Shown: positions 31,066-41,125, counted from the first letter of the stretch. The stretch is 64,000 nt of DNA from an uncultured bacterium (GCA_964516845.1 CAZEXP010000005.1:1030-65029), one strand, 5' to 3'. Notes: a model not told the origin generated them from the sequence alone. Program-made: numbers and translations.

Positions 31066-32358
31066 ATGCAGACAGTCGACCTTCTGGTGCGCAACATTGG
31101 ACAGCTCGTGACCGTCGCGGGGCGGGGTCCCCGTGTGGGTCCGGCCGCGCGTGAACTCGGCATCATCGAGGACGGGGCGGTCGCCGTCATTGACGGCCGC
31201 ATCGTGGCGGCTGGGCCGGAGTTCGGCGTGCTCGCCGCGTACGCGCCGGCTGCTGACGCCGTCGTGATCGACGCCGCCGGCGCCGTTGTGACGCCGGGGT
31301 TCGTCGACCCACACACGCACGCGGTCTTCGCGAGAACACGCGAGGACGAGTTCGCGATGCGCGTTGAGGGGAGGAGTTACGAGGAGATCGCGGCGGCCGG
31401 TGGCGGGATCCGTTCGAGCGTCCGACAGGTTCGCGCGGCGACCGAAGAGCTTCTCTTCGAGCACGGCGCCGCGACACTCGATCGCATGCTCGAGTACGGC
31501 ACCACGACGGCCGAGGTCAAGAGCGGCTACGGGCTCTCGCTCGAGGCGGAGATCAAGATGCTGCGCGTGATCGCTCGGCTGGCCGAGCATCACGCGGTCG
31601 ACGTCGTGCCGACCTTCCTCGGCGCGCACGAGTTTCCGGATGAGTGGCGGGACGACCGCGACGGGTACGTGACGTACCTCGTCGACGAGGTCATCCCGCT
31701 CGTTGCGGGCAACGGTCTCGCGGAGTTCTGCGACGTCTTCTGTGAGGAAGACGTCTTTACGGTGGAGCAGTCACGCCGGCTGCTGCTCGCCGCCGCGTCG
31801 CACGGTCTGCGGCCGAAGCTCCACGCGGACGAACTCCATGCGTCCGGGGGCGGAGAGCTGGCGGCGGAGGTCGGCGCGATCTCGGCCGACCACCTCGTCT
31901 TCGTCTCGGACGCGGGCATTCGCGCGATGGCGGACGCGGGAGTTGTTGCGGTCCTGCTCCCGGGCACGACGCTTTCGCTCGGCAAGCGCGAGTTCGCGCC
32001 GGCGAGGAAGTTCGTCGATGCGGGTGTTCCCGTGGCGCTCGCGACGGACTGCAACCCCGGCAGCTCGATGACCGAGTCGATGCAGATCATCGTCTCGCTC
32101 GCGAGCATGGTCATGCGCCTGACGCCCGCCGAGGCGCTCGTCGCCGCGACCGCGAACTCGGCGGCCGCGCTCGGTCGGTCGGGCAACGTGGGGAGTATCG
32201 AGCCGGGCAAGCTGGCGGATCTGGTCGTCTGGGAGGTCGACGATTACCGGGCGATCCCGTATCACTACGGTGTGAATCTTACGAGCACGATCATCAAGCG
32301 CGGCGCGGTCGTGAGGGGAGAGACCCCGGGTGCGCCCACGGACGGAGGCGGACGATGA
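31066..32358 (+). CDS. hutI: Imidazolonepropionase
   Basis: PGFVDPHTH, GGGIRSSV, EVKSGYGL, KLHADE, SADHL and ATDCNPGSS motifs. Confidence 0.97.
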   Translation: MQTVDLLVRNIGQLVTVAGRGPRVGPAARELGIIEDGAVAVIDGRIVAAGPEFGVLAAYAPAADAVVIDAAGAVVTPGFVDPHTHAVFARTREDEFAMRVEGRSYEEIAAAGGGIRSSVRQVRAATEELLFEHGAATLDRMLEYGTTTAEVKSGYGLSLEAEIKMLRVIARLAEHHAVDVVPTFLGAHEFPDEWRDDRDGYVTYLVDEVIPLVAGNGLAEFCDVFCEEDVFTVEQSRRLLLAAASHGLRPKLHADELHASGGGELAAEVGAISADHLVFVSDAGIRAMADAGVVAVLLPGTTLSLGKREFAPARKFVDAGVPVALATDCNPGSSMTESMQIIVSLASMVMRLTPAEALVAATANSAAALGRSGNVGSIEPGKLADLVVWEVDDYRAIPYHYGVNLTSTIIKRGAVVRGETPGAPTDGGGR

Positions 32359-33254
32359 AGATCGTTGAGTGTGTTCCGAACTTCAGCGAGGGCAGAAGGC
32401 CGGAGGTACTCGACGAGATCGTCGGGACCATGACGGCCGTCGAGGGGGCGCGACTTCTCGACAAGGAGATGGATGCGGATCACAACCGGGCGGTCGTGAC
32501 GATCATCGGGGAGCCGGAGGCCGTGCTTGAGGCCGCTTTCAGAGGCATTGAGAAGGCGCGCGAGCTCATCGACCTGACGAAGCACGAGGGCGAGCACCCG
32601 CGCATGGGTGCGACCGACGTCTGTCCGTTCGTCCCCGTCACCGAAGTTACGATGGCCGAGTGCATCGAGCTGGCGCAGCGGCTCGGCGAGCGGGTCGGCA
32701 CGGAACTCGATATCCCGGTCTATCTCTACGAGGCGGCCGCGACCACACCGGCGCGCGAGAATCTTGCGAAGGTCCGGAAGGGGCAGTTCGAGGGGCTCCG
32801 GGACGAGATCGGAACGAACCCGAAGAAGGTGCCGGACTTCGGACCGAACCGCATCCACCCGACCGCGGGCGCCGTCGCAATCGGTGCGCGCGAGTTCCTC
32901 GTCGCGTACAACATCAATCTGGGGACCGACGATATCTCGATCGCCAAGACGATCGCGAAATCGATCCGATTCGCCGGCGGGGGCCTGAGATACGTCAAGG
33001 CGATGGGGTTCGAGATCAAGGATCGCAACATCGTCCAGGTCTCGATGAACATGGTCAACTACAAGGGAACACCGCTGTTTCGCGTCTACGAGATGGTGAA
33101 GACGGAGGCGGAGCGGTACGGCGTTCCCGTGATCGGCTGCGAGATCGTCGGGTTGATCCCGCTGGACGCACTCGTCGACTGCGCCGATTTCTACCTGAGG
33201 CTTGAGAGTTTCAGCCGCGACCAGATCCTCGAGAACCGCCTCGCCGAGCTGTAG
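32355..33254 (+). CDS. ftcD: Glutamate formimidoyltransferase
   Basis: VECVPNFSEGR, DADHNRAV, HEGEHPRMGATDVCPFVP and VQVSMN motifs. Confidence 0.96.
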   Translation: MKIVECVPNFSEGRRPEVLDEIVGTMTAVEGARLLDKEMDADHNRAVVTIIGEPEAVLEAAFRGIEKARELIDLTKHEGEHPRMGATDVCPFVPVTEVTMAECIELAQRLGERVGTELDIPVYLYEAAATTPARENLAKVRKGQFEGLRDEIGTNPKKVPDFGPNRIHPTAGAVAIGAREFLVAYNINLGTDDISIAKTIAKSIRFAGGGLRYVKAMGFEIKDRNIVQVSMNMVNYKGTPLFRVYEMVKTEAERYGVPVIGCEIVGLIPLDALVDCADFYLRLESFSRDQILENRLAEL

Positions 33255-33274
33255 GGCGGGGGGAAGGAGACACC

Positions 33275-33901
33275 ATGGGTGGGATGAACGACTTTCTGGC
33301 CGAGCTGGCCTCCAGCGAACCGACCCCGGGTGGCGGCAGCGTCGCCGCGCTCTGCGGCGCGCTTGGCGCGAGTCTTGGTTCGATGGTCTGCAGCCTCACG
33401 ATCGGGAAGAAGAAGTACGTCGACGTCGAGGAGGACATGAAGCGCGTGCTGGCGCAGACCGAGAGGCTGCGCGTGGAACTCGAGCAGCTCATCGACGAGG
33501 ACGCCGCGGCCTTCGACAAGGTGATGGTCGCGATGAAGCTGCCGAAGGAGACCGACGAGGAGAAGGCCGTCCGTCGCGACGCCATCCAGGACACGCTGGT
33601 CGACGCGGCGATGGTGCCGCTCGCCGTTATGCAGAAGTGCGTTGAGGTCGTCGAACTCTCCGAGACGATCGCGGCGAAGGGGAACACGAACGCGGTCTCG
33701 GACGCCGGCGTGGCGGCGCTCGTCGGTAGGGCCGGCGCGCACGCGGCCAGGCTCAATGTCATGATCAATCTCGGCGGAATCCGGGCCGAGCGGCACGCAG
33801 GGTTCGTCGAGAAGGCGAACGCCGCGCTCAACCAGCTCACCGAGCGCGTCGACAGGATCGCGGATGACGTGATGGAGGCCGTACTCGAGTCCGTCACGTA
33901 G
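33275..33901 (+). CDS. Formiminotetrahydrofolate cyclodeaminase / methenyl-THF cyclohydrolase family
   Basis: LASSEPTPGGGSVAAL, LIDEDAAAF, GNTNAVSDAGVAA and ARLNVMINL motifs. Confidence 0.92.
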   Translation: MGGMNDFLAELASSEPTPGGGSVAALCGALGASLGSMVCSLTIGKKKYVDVEEDMKRVLAQTERLRVELEQLIDEDAAAFDKVMVAMKLPKETDEEKAVRRDAIQDTLVDAAMVPLAVMQKCVEVVELSETIAAKGNTNAVSDAGVAALVGRAGAHAARLNVMINLGGIRAERHAGFVEKANAALNQLTERVDRIADDVMEAVLESVT

Positions 33902-33992
33902 GGAACAACTCATGCGTCGGATGACTTGCACCAGGCGCCCGGGCGTCGGATGTGATCCTCTCGACGCCCCGAACGCAGCCAGGAGGTCATTC

Positions 33993-34400
33993 ATGACCAG
34001 GTGGCTCGTAATAGCTATCGCGGCTCTCTTCCTCGCGGTCGGGTGCGCGCCCGTACCGGAAGGCGGGGACCCCGCCACCGACGGGGAATTCGGCACCTTC
34101 TCTCTGATCGACCACGCCGTGGCGCAGGGGAGGATCGACTACTCGACGGGCATGCTCTACAAGATCTACGCGCAGTACGATCCGATGAGTCTTCCTGAGG
34201 AGTACCAGAGCGACGCCATCGGGATGGTAGGGGCCCCTCTCGTCACCGAGATCGAGCGGAACTGGCACCGGATCCTGCCGGAACACCGGGCTGAGATCTC
34301 CCAGTACATCGAGCATCTGCTCGACATCGACGACAGTGAGACACAGCTTGACGACGTGACGCCCGACCGCCTCGACCAGGAACGGAATCGGATTGACTGA
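33993..34400 (+). CDS. Hypothetical lipoprotein
   Basis: AGGAGG RBS before ATG 33993; lipobox LAVG-C. Confidence 0.7.
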   Translation: MTRWLVIAIAALFLAVGCAPVPEGGDPATDGEFGTFSLIDHAVAQGRIDYSTGMLYKIYAQYDPMSLPEEYQSDAIGMVGAPLVTEIERNWHRILPEHRAEISQYIEHLLDIDDSETQLDDVTPDRLDQERNRID

Positions 34401-36867
34401 CCCCGTGCGTGAGAACGCCGCGGGCGGACCCGTCCCGGTCCGCTGGACGGCTCCTGTCGCGGTCCTCGCCGCGCTCGCGGCCGCGCTCGGCTATGCGCTG
34501 GCTGCGGTTCCCAACATCGAGCTGATCACGCTGGTCGTGTTCATCTCGGGGGCTGCGCTCGGGCGGCTTCGCGGGGCGCTTGTCGGATTCATCGCGATGG
34601 GGATCTACTCGGGGCTCGGTCCGTATGGTTCGGGTCTTGCCATTCCCACGCTCTTTGCGGGGCAGATCGGCGCGATGGCGCTCGTCGGGTTCGCGGGCGG
34701 GCTCCTCCGACAGCTTTGGAGCGGGAAGGCCAACGCAACCCGCATCGCGGCGGCCGCCGCGGCCGGCCTCGTGCTCACGGCCATCTATCAGGCCGCCGTC
34801 ATCGTCGGCTACGCCGCGATGAGTCCCGAGTTCGCCGACGGGTTTCTCGCGGCTCTCACCGCGAATCTGTTCTTCCCATACGTTCACATCATATGGAACA
34901 CGATCCTCTTCGCCGTGCTCGTCCCGCTGCTCGTCCCGCGGGTCCGCCGTCTCGCCATGGTCGCAGTGTCGGGCGTCATCCCGTTGCTTCTGGCGACGGC
35001 GCTCCTGGTCGCACCGACCGGTGCGGTGGCCCAGGACATCGTGCCGCCGGGGCTCGAACCCGAGCCTGAACCTGAGCCCGCGACCCCCGTCGTGGCTCTT
35101 CCCGACTCGCTGTACCCCGGACCAGGGATCGACCTGCTCGGCGTGCGTCGCGTTGTCGGACTGGAGTTCGGGGGAGATCACGACGCTTCGTCCGCGGCCG
35201 GGGCGCTTCCGGCTCTCCGTGTCGTCTCGTCCCGATGGCCGGGACAGCGCGCGTCCGTTACCCGGGGCGGCATTCCGGCGGGACTCTCGGTGGTCACCGA
35301 GGTCGGCCGGTCGGGCAGCGACTGGCTCCTTGACGGGCTGGGTCTCCTGGACGCGGTCGCGACGCGCGGACCGGTCCTCGTGCCGTCGGGTCCCGATCTG
35401 TCGACACGTTCTCTCTTCGCCTCCGGTGTTGTCGTCTTCGACCGGGGCGGCCCCGCGCAGGGGATCGCGGCCGGGACGGGTTCGGCCTCGGTCCGGTACT
35501 ACGCGGGCCGCCGCTTCGCCGGGACCCCCTTTTCGCGGGTCGGCATGGCCAGCGGTGACGCCGGGCTCCGGTGGCGGATCGTCGAGTTCGGGAGTGGTCT
35601 CCGCGAGCGCGGAGCCGTCACCGGGTTCTTTGAAGGGCGGAGCGGGCGTGGCCCGAATCCGGGCGGCGAGTACGAGCGCGAGAGCTTCGGCGCGTCGGCG
35701 ACCCTCGATCTGTCCGGCGACTGGAGGGCGGAGCTCCTGGGGTCGAGCGTGACGGCGTCGCGCAGCATCCCCGACGCGGCCGGTGTCTCGGGCGCGGTCC
35801 TGGATGTATCGTCCGGAGCGGTCGATGTGGCCGTCACGAACGGGAGTGCGCGGCTCGGGATCTTCCACGCGGCGACGCGGATCGGGGACTCTCGCGGCGG
35901 CAGCGCGGGAACCTGCGAGAGCGGCCGGACGGGCGCGGTCCTCGACCTGCCCGTCGAACTCGGCGTCCTGCGGTCGGTGCACGCGCGCGCGTCCGGGCTT
36001 GTGGCGGAGGGGAGTCTTCTGACGAGCGGCGTTCACGCGCTGTCCGCCGGCGCCTCCGCGAGCGGGGGCGTGCGGGTCGGCGACTGGGAGGCTCTGGTCA
36101 GCGCCGGGGCGTCCCGCCAGCGGGGAGAGACGGTTCCAGAGCTCTCCTGTCTTGTGGCGCATGAGGACGGCAACGCCGGTCCGTGGTTCACTCTCGACAT
36201 CGGCGGCCGCTTCCCGACGGCGACGGAGCTTGCCGGTGTGGATCGTCCCGTCGTCGGCGACGACGACCGGTTGATCGGGGGTGCGGGAGACATCGGGGCC
36301 GAGCGGGCGGCGACGGCGGGTCTCGGCTGGGCGATGGGTTCGGGTCGTCTGGACGCCGGTGTCACCGGCGAGATCACGCGCGTGCTTTCGCCGATCGTTC
36401 TCGAGGATGATGCGGCGGGTGTTCTCAGGCCCGTGCCGGGGGACGATGCGACGGCGTCAATGCTGGCGTTCTGGGCCGCAGTCGTCGATACCGCACTCGG
36501 TGGAGTCAGGGTCTCCGCCGAGGCTATCGGCATTGATGCGGAGGGGCCGCTCAACGCGCTCGCGCCGGTGCCCGAACTCGCCGGTCACGCGTCGGTCTGG
36601 GTCGATCGACGGTTCTTCAAGCAGACCCTCGACGTTCGTTTCGAGGTCTCGGTGGCGTACGAGACCGGACTCGCCCGGGGCGTCTGGAACGGTGTCGTCG
36701 ACGACGCGCTCTGGCGCACACGATTCGCCGCCTCCGGCGCGGTCGGACCGGCGCGGCTGCAGGTCACGGTCGACGACCCGTTCGACACGGACTCCGGCGG
36801 CTGGCCGGGGTATGCCTTCTCCGAGCCCCGCGTGACCTACGCTTTCATATGGGACTTCTGGAACTAG
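34393..36867 (+). CDS. ECF-type S component (CbrT-like) fused to an OM beta-barrel-like domain
   Basis: Residues ~15-185 are about six TM helices with PNIELIT, GQIGA and H-x-x-x-N. They are followed by a signal-like RVRRLAM...AVA-Q, a PEPEPEP linker and ~610 aa ending YAFIWDFWN, all in one uninterrupted frame. Confidence 0.8.
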   Translation: MTDPVRENAAGGPVPVRWTAPVAVLAALAAALGYALAAVPNIELITLVVFISGAALGRLRGALVGFIAMGIYSGLGPYGSGLAIPTLFAGQIGAMALVGFAGGLLRQLWSGKANATRIAAAAAAGLVLTAIYQAAVIVGYAAMSPEFADGFLAALTANLFFPYVHIIWNTILFAVLVPLLVPRVRRLAMVAVSGVIPLLLATALLVAPTGAVAQDIVPPGLEPEPEPEPATPVVALPDSLYPGPGIDLLGVRRVVGLEFGGDHDASSAAGALPALRVVSSRWPGQRASVTRGGIPAGLSVVTEVGRSGSDWLLDGLGLLDAVATRGPVLVPSGPDLSTRSLFASGVVVFDRGGPAQGIAAGTGSASVRYYAGRRFAGTPFSRVGMASGDAGLRWRIVEFGSGLRERGAVTGFFEGRSGRGPNPGGEYERESFGASATLDLSGDWRAELLGSSVTASRSIPDAAGVSGAVLDVSSGAVDVAVTNGSARLGIFHAATRIGDSRGGSAGTCESGRTGAVLDLPVELGVLRSVHARASGLVAEGSLLTSGVHALSAGASASGGVRVGDWEALVSAGASRQRGETVPELSCLVAHEDGNAGPWFTLDIGGRFPTATELAGVDRPVVGDDDRLIGGAGDIGAERAATAGLGWAMGSGRLDAGVTGEITRVLSPIVLEDDAAGVLRPVPGDDATASMLAFWAAVVDTALGGVRVSAEAIGIDAEGPLNALAPVPELAGHASVWVDRRFFKQTLDVRFEVSVAYETGLARGVWNGVVDDALWRTRFAASGAVGPARLQVTVDDPFDTDSGGWPGYAFSEPRVTYAFIWDFWN

Positions 36868-36924
36868 CCATCACCCCACGGACTACTCTCCCCTTGCCGT
36901 TTCTCAGGAACACTGAGGATTCGT

Positions 36925-36953
36925 TTGCATTGCGTTTTGCAATACACTACATT
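36925..36953 (+). promoter_or_regulatory. sigma70-type promoter overlapped by a TTGCA-N8-TGCAA palindrome
   Basis: TTGCAT, 17-nt spacer, TACATT (36948-36953); the palindrome spans 36925-36942 in an AT-rich patch. Confidence 0.55.
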
Positions 36954-36976
36954 GAGTTCGCAGGGTGGGAGGGGAC

Positions 36977-37417
36977 GTGAGAGGGTTCCTTACGCGCGAT
37001 GAGCGCGCGGTCATCGCCTTTCTGGCGACGGCCACGGCAGTCGGGGCGATCGTGCTCGGTCTTCGGGGCGTCGACCCGGCACTTGTGCCGGATCTCGTTT
37101 CATCGGCCGGGACCGGGGTGGTGATCTCGGACGAACTCATTGACCGGACCGGACGCACGGAGCGGGCCGAGCAGGTCACGGGTCCCATCGACGTGAACGA
37201 GGCCACCGAGGAAGAACTGACGGGGCTGCCGGGGATCGGTCCCGCGAAGGCTGCGGCGATAGTGAGATACCGCGAGCGGCACGGTCGCTTCGCCTCGCTC
37301 GACGCTCTGCTCGATGTCAGCGGTGTCGGCCCCGCGACGCTCGATCGGCTTCGCCCGGTGGCGACTCTCGGGAGTGTGGAACCGCCCACCGAAGGACAGG
37401 TCAGGGAGGGACGATGA
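36977..37417 (+). CDS. comEA: ComEA-family helix-hairpin-helix DNA-binding protein
   Basis: N-terminal TM helix; IDVNEATEEELTGLPGIGPAKAAAIVRYR...VSGVGPATL. Confidence 0.9.
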   Translation: MRGFLTRDERAVIAFLATATAVGAIVLGLRGVDPALVPDLVSSAGTGVVISDELIDRTGRTERAEQVTGPIDVNEATEEELTGLPGIGPAKAAAIVRYRERHGRFASLDALLDVSGVGPATLDRLRPVATLGSVEPPTEGQVREGR

Positions 37418-39027
37418 GTATGGGGCTGGCGGCGGCACGCGGCATCATCGTTGGACGCCTGCTCGTCTCGGCCGCCGTGATCGCGGCGGCGCTGATGAGC
37501 GACGATATCTCGGTCACGCCCGTTGTCCTGCTGGGTATCGGCGTCGCGGCCCTGAGCGTCCCGCACGCCATCTGGTCACGCAAGCGTGGACGTGAGAGTC
37601 TGTGGCTTCTCGTGACGCTGTTCGTTGCCGATGTCGTGCTCGTGACCCTGATCGTGCTCTCGTCCGGCGGTCTGGCCAGTCCGTTCAAGCTTCTCTACTT
37701 CCTTCCGTTGATTGTCTCGTCGACGGCGCTTGGACCGAAGCCCGGCGCCATCGTGACGGTCTCGTCGCTTGCCGCGTTCGCCGCACTCTTCATCGCCGAG
37801 AGTCCCATGACCATGCGTTCGCACGGGGCCGGCATCCTGGCGGAGACGGCCGTTCTCGCGATCTCGCTCACGGTGGTCTCGATCCTCGTCGGCATCCTCT
37901 CGGCGCGCGTTCGCGAGGGAGAGAAGAAGCTGGGGGAGGTGGAGACCGCTCTCGAGGCGGCGCACGTCCACATCGACAATCTCATAGAGAGCATCCAGAG
38001 CGGTCTGGCGCTCTTCGACATGTCGGGCGGTCTTCTCTCACTGAACGAACGTGGTAGAGCCATTCTCGGCATGCCGGCGCCCGGAGCGCCGCGCGCGCAC
38101 TTCTCGGAGGTCTTCGCGGCGCAACCGGCTCTCGCCGAGCAGGTATCAGCCGCCGTGGAGCACGGGAAGACGGCGGAGCGCGTTGAACTCAGCGTCGAGC
38201 GAGCCGGCGGGACCGTTCCCGTCGGGCTCTCGACCTCGCTGCTCCGCGACGATGACGGAGTCGCCGCGGGTGTCATCATGATATTCCAGGACATCACCGA
38301 GGCGCGCCGTCAGGAGCTGGACAGGCTCCACGCGGACCGACTCGCGTCGCTCGGCCAGTTCGCGGCGGGCATGGCTCACGAGATCAGGAATCCACTGAAC
38401 GCCATCAAGGGGTCGGCCGAGATGCTTCGGGACGGTGTCGCAGCAGGGAGCGACGATGCGCGGCTGGTCGATCTGGTGATTCGGGAGAGCGACCGCCTCG
38501 CAACGCTCACCAACGACGTGCTCACCTACGGACGCGTCATGGGGCCGCCGACGGGAACCGTGTTCCTCGAAGCGCTGTTCAGGGAGGTTGAGGCTATCGC
38601 CCGGTCGCACCGGGCATTCGGGGACGGAATCGAGCTGGCGATGGATGACGGCGGGATCCGCTCGCGGGGGAACTCCGAGCAGCTCAAGCAGGTTCTTCTG
38701 AACCTCGTGGTCAACGGGATCGAGGCGATCGAGGAGACGGGTTCCGTCCGCGTCACCGCGGGTGTCGGGGGCGCCGTCTTTGCGAACGGGCGGAGCGGAA
38801 CGGACGACGAGATCGCCATCAGTGTCGTCGACACGGGCGTTGGGATGGAACGCGAGAGCCTCGAGCAGATGTTCGCGCCGTTCTGGACGACGAAGCAGAC
38901 CGGAACGGGCCTCGGACTCGCCATCGCCGACAGGCTTGTCGAGGCGCACGGCGGACGTATCGAGATCGAAACCGGGCCGGGGCAGGGCAGCCGGTTCGTC
39001 ATCTATCTTCCGAAGGCAAGAGACTAG
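37414..39027 (+). CDS. PAS-domain sensor histidine kinase (PilS-like)
   Basis: Multi-TM N-terminus, PAS domain, AHEIRNPL, LKQVLLNLVVN, DTGVGM and GTGLGL motifs. Confidence 0.92.
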   Translation: MSMGLAAARGIIVGRLLVSAAVIAAALMSDDISVTPVVLLGIGVAALSVPHAIWSRKRGRESLWLLVTLFVADVVLVTLIVLSSGGLASPFKLLYFLPLIVSSTALGPKPGAIVTVSSLAAFAALFIAESPMTMRSHGAGILAETAVLAISLTVVSILVGILSARVREGEKKLGEVETALEAAHVHIDNLIESIQSGLALFDMSGGLLSLNERGRAILGMPAPGAPRAHFSEVFAAQPALAEQVSAAVEHGKTAERVELSVERAGGTVPVGLSTSLLRDDDGVAAGVIMIFQDITEARRQELDRLHADRLASLGQFAAGMAHEIRNPLNAIKGSAEMLRDGVAAGSDDARLVDLVIRESDRLATLTNDVLTYGRVMGPPTGTVFLEALFREVEAIARSHRAFGDGIELAMDDGGIRSRGNSEQLKQVLLNLVVNGIEAIEETGSVRVTAGVGGAVFANGRSGTDDEIAISVVDTGVGMERESLEQMFAPFWTTKQTGTGLGLAIADRLVEAHGGRIEIETGPGQGSRFVIYLPKARD

Positions 39028-39053
39028 ACAGAGAGATTCCAGGGGAGGACGCC

Positions 39054-40427
39054 ATGCCACACGGGAGGATACTCGTCATCGATGACGAGGACAGCATCAG
39101 GGAGTATTTGTCCATGATGCTCGAGCGAGAGGGGTACGAGGTTCTGGCCGCGTCCGACGGGAAGAAGGCGGTGAAGCTGAGCAAACGCGAGAGCTTCGAC
39201 GCGGTTATCACCGACATCCAGCTTCCCGGCATGACGGGCATCGAGATCCTCGGCTCGTTCAAGGAGTCGGACCCGACGGTTCCCATTATCATCGTTACCG
39301 GGCATGCGTCGCAGGAATCGGCCATCGAGGCGCTCAATCTCGGGGCATTCTACTACCTCCTGAAGCCCGTCTCGAACGAAGAGCTCAAGCAGGTCGTCCG
39401 GAATGCTCTCGAGGTCAAGCAACTGCGGACCGAGAAGAACGATCTGGAACGCGCGCTCCACCCGAGCGCCGACCGTGACATGGTCGGTGACAGCGAGGGG
39501 CTCCACTCCGTATTCGATCTGATCGACCGCGTCGCGAGGACGGCGAGCACCGTCATGCTCAGGGGAGAGAGCGGCACGGGGAAGGAACTCGTGGCTCGCG
39601 CCATTCACGCGGGGAGCGTCCGGGCGGACCAGCGGTTCGTGTCGATCAACTGCGGGGCTCTGCCGGAGACGCTGCTCGAGAGCGAGCTCTTCGGGCATGT
39701 GAAGGGATCGTTCACGGGAGCCGTGCGCGACAAGCGCGGGCTGTTCGTCGTCGCGGACGGCGGGACGTTCTTTCTCGACGAGGTCGGGGAGACGTCGCTT
39801 GCCATCCAGGTGAAACTCCTCCGCGTGCTCCAGGAGCGCGAGGTCGTCCCGGTCGGCGGAACCAAGCCGACGAAGGTTGACGTCCGGGTCATCGCCGCGA
39901 CGAACGCCGATCTCGAGCTGGATGTGCAGGAAGGGAACTTCCGTGCGGACCTGTACTACCGTCTGAACGTCATCCCTATCACCATTCCGCCGCTTCGCGA
40001 CCGTCGCGACGACATCCCGCTGCTGGTAGAACACTTCCTGCAGAAGCTTGCTTCAGGGGAGAAGACGATCGCCGAGGGAGCGATGGACATTCTCACATCG
40101 TACGAGTGGCCGGGAAACGTGCGCGAGCTCGAGAATATCATCGAACGCGCGGTGATCCTCGCTGACGGCAGTGAGATCACCGCGGAGAGTCTCAACGTTT
40201 CGATCTTCCCCGAGCGTCTCCGGAAGCGGTCGCGGTCGACCGGAACGGGCGATCTGGGCGTCAGCGGGATCACGCTCGACGAACTCGAGCAGCGGTACCT
40301 GCTTCAGACGCTTGAGGAGACGAGCTGGAAGAAGAAGCAGGCGGCGGAGATCCTGGGGATCAACCCGTCGACGCTCTACAGGAAGCTCCAGCGCTACGGG
40401 ATGGAGGGCGATGTCGAGGATGACTAG
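39054..40427 (+). CDS. sigma54-dependent response regulator (NtrC/PilR family)
   Basis: Receiver domain, [33 protein letters not shown] and a Fis-type HTH. Confidence 0.95.
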   Translation: MPHGRILVIDDEDSIREYLSMMLEREGYEVLAASDGKKAVKLSKRESFDAVITDIQLPGMTGIEILGSFKESDPTVPIIIVTGHASQESAIEALNLGAFYYLLKPVSNEELKQVVRNALEVKQLRTEKNDLERALHPSADRDMVGDSEGLHSVFDLIDRVARTASTVMLRGESGTGKELVARAIHAGSVRADQRFVSINCGALPETLLESELFGHVKGSFTGAVRDKRGLFVVADGGTFFLDEVGETSLAIQVKLLRVLQEREVVPVGGTKPTKVDVRVIAATNADLELDVQEGNFRADLYYRLNVIPITIPPLRDRRDDIPLLVEHFLQKLASGEKTIAEGAMDILTSYEWPGNVRELENIIERAVILADGSEITAESLNVSIFPERLRKRSRSTGTGDLGVSGITLDELEQRYLLQTLEETSWKKKQAAEILGINPSTLYRKLQRYGMEGDVEDD

Positions 40428-40538
40428 TCGTGCGCGTGGAGGCGGCGTGATGGGAGAGCGGTGGGTGCGAAGGGCGTCGTGCGCGCGAAGAGAGTCTGCT
40501 GTGAGCGCGCAGTCGTGCGCGAGGAACGGGGTGCGCTC

Positions 40539-41108
40539 GTGAGGATCATCGCCGGCGAGCTGGGCGGCAGGCGGATCGGTGTGCCGCGGGGGGTCGAGCT
40601 GAGGCCGACCTACGACCGCGTGCGCGAATCGCTGTTCGCGACGATCGAGGACAGGCTCGCCGGGGCGCGCGTGCTCGATCTCTTCGCCGGGACCGGAAGC
40701 CTCGGACTCGAGAGCGTCTCCCGCGGCGCGGCTCTGGCGGTCTTCGTCGAGCGCGACGCACGCACTGTCGGCCATCTGAAACGGACGATTACGGAGTTCG
40801 CGGTCGGCGACCGCTGTCGGGTCGTGCGGTCGGACGCCGTACGCTTCGTCTCACCGCCGCACCGCGGTCGGGAACCGTTCGACATCGTGTTCGCGGATCC
40901 CCCGTACGATACGGACCAGGCCCGGCGTGTCCACGAGGTCCTGGACCGCTGGAACGGGATCGCCGCCGGCGGGCTCGTCGTGATCGAGCACAGGGCGGAT
41001 GATCGTCTTCCGGAGCGCGGCGCGCGGCTGAGGCTCAGAACGGTAAAACGCTACGGGACCATCGAGGTCGAGCTGCACGACGTCATCGACCCCGGCGAAA
41101 CCCAGTGA
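40539..41108 (+). CDS. rsmD: 16S rRNA (guanine966-N2)-methyltransferase
   Basis: RIIAG, RPTYDRVRESLF, LDLFAGTGSLG and FADPPY motifs; the start is approximate. Confidence 0.93.
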   Translation: MRIIAGELGGRRIGVPRGVELRPTYDRVRESLFATIEDRLAGARVLDLFAGTGSLGLESVSRGAALAVFVERDARTVGHLKRTITEFAVGDRCRVVRSDAVRFVSPPHRGREPFDIVFADPPYDTDQARRVHEVLDRWNGIAAGGLVVIEHRADDRLPERGARLRLRTVKRYGTIEVELHDVIDPGETQ

Positions 41109-41125
41109 ACTTCCAAGGAGGGCTC

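Noticed and set aside
36920-36945. sigma54 promoter upstream of comEA
   Set aside because: TTGCA is present but the GG at -24 is missing (TGCATTG instead of TGGCACG).
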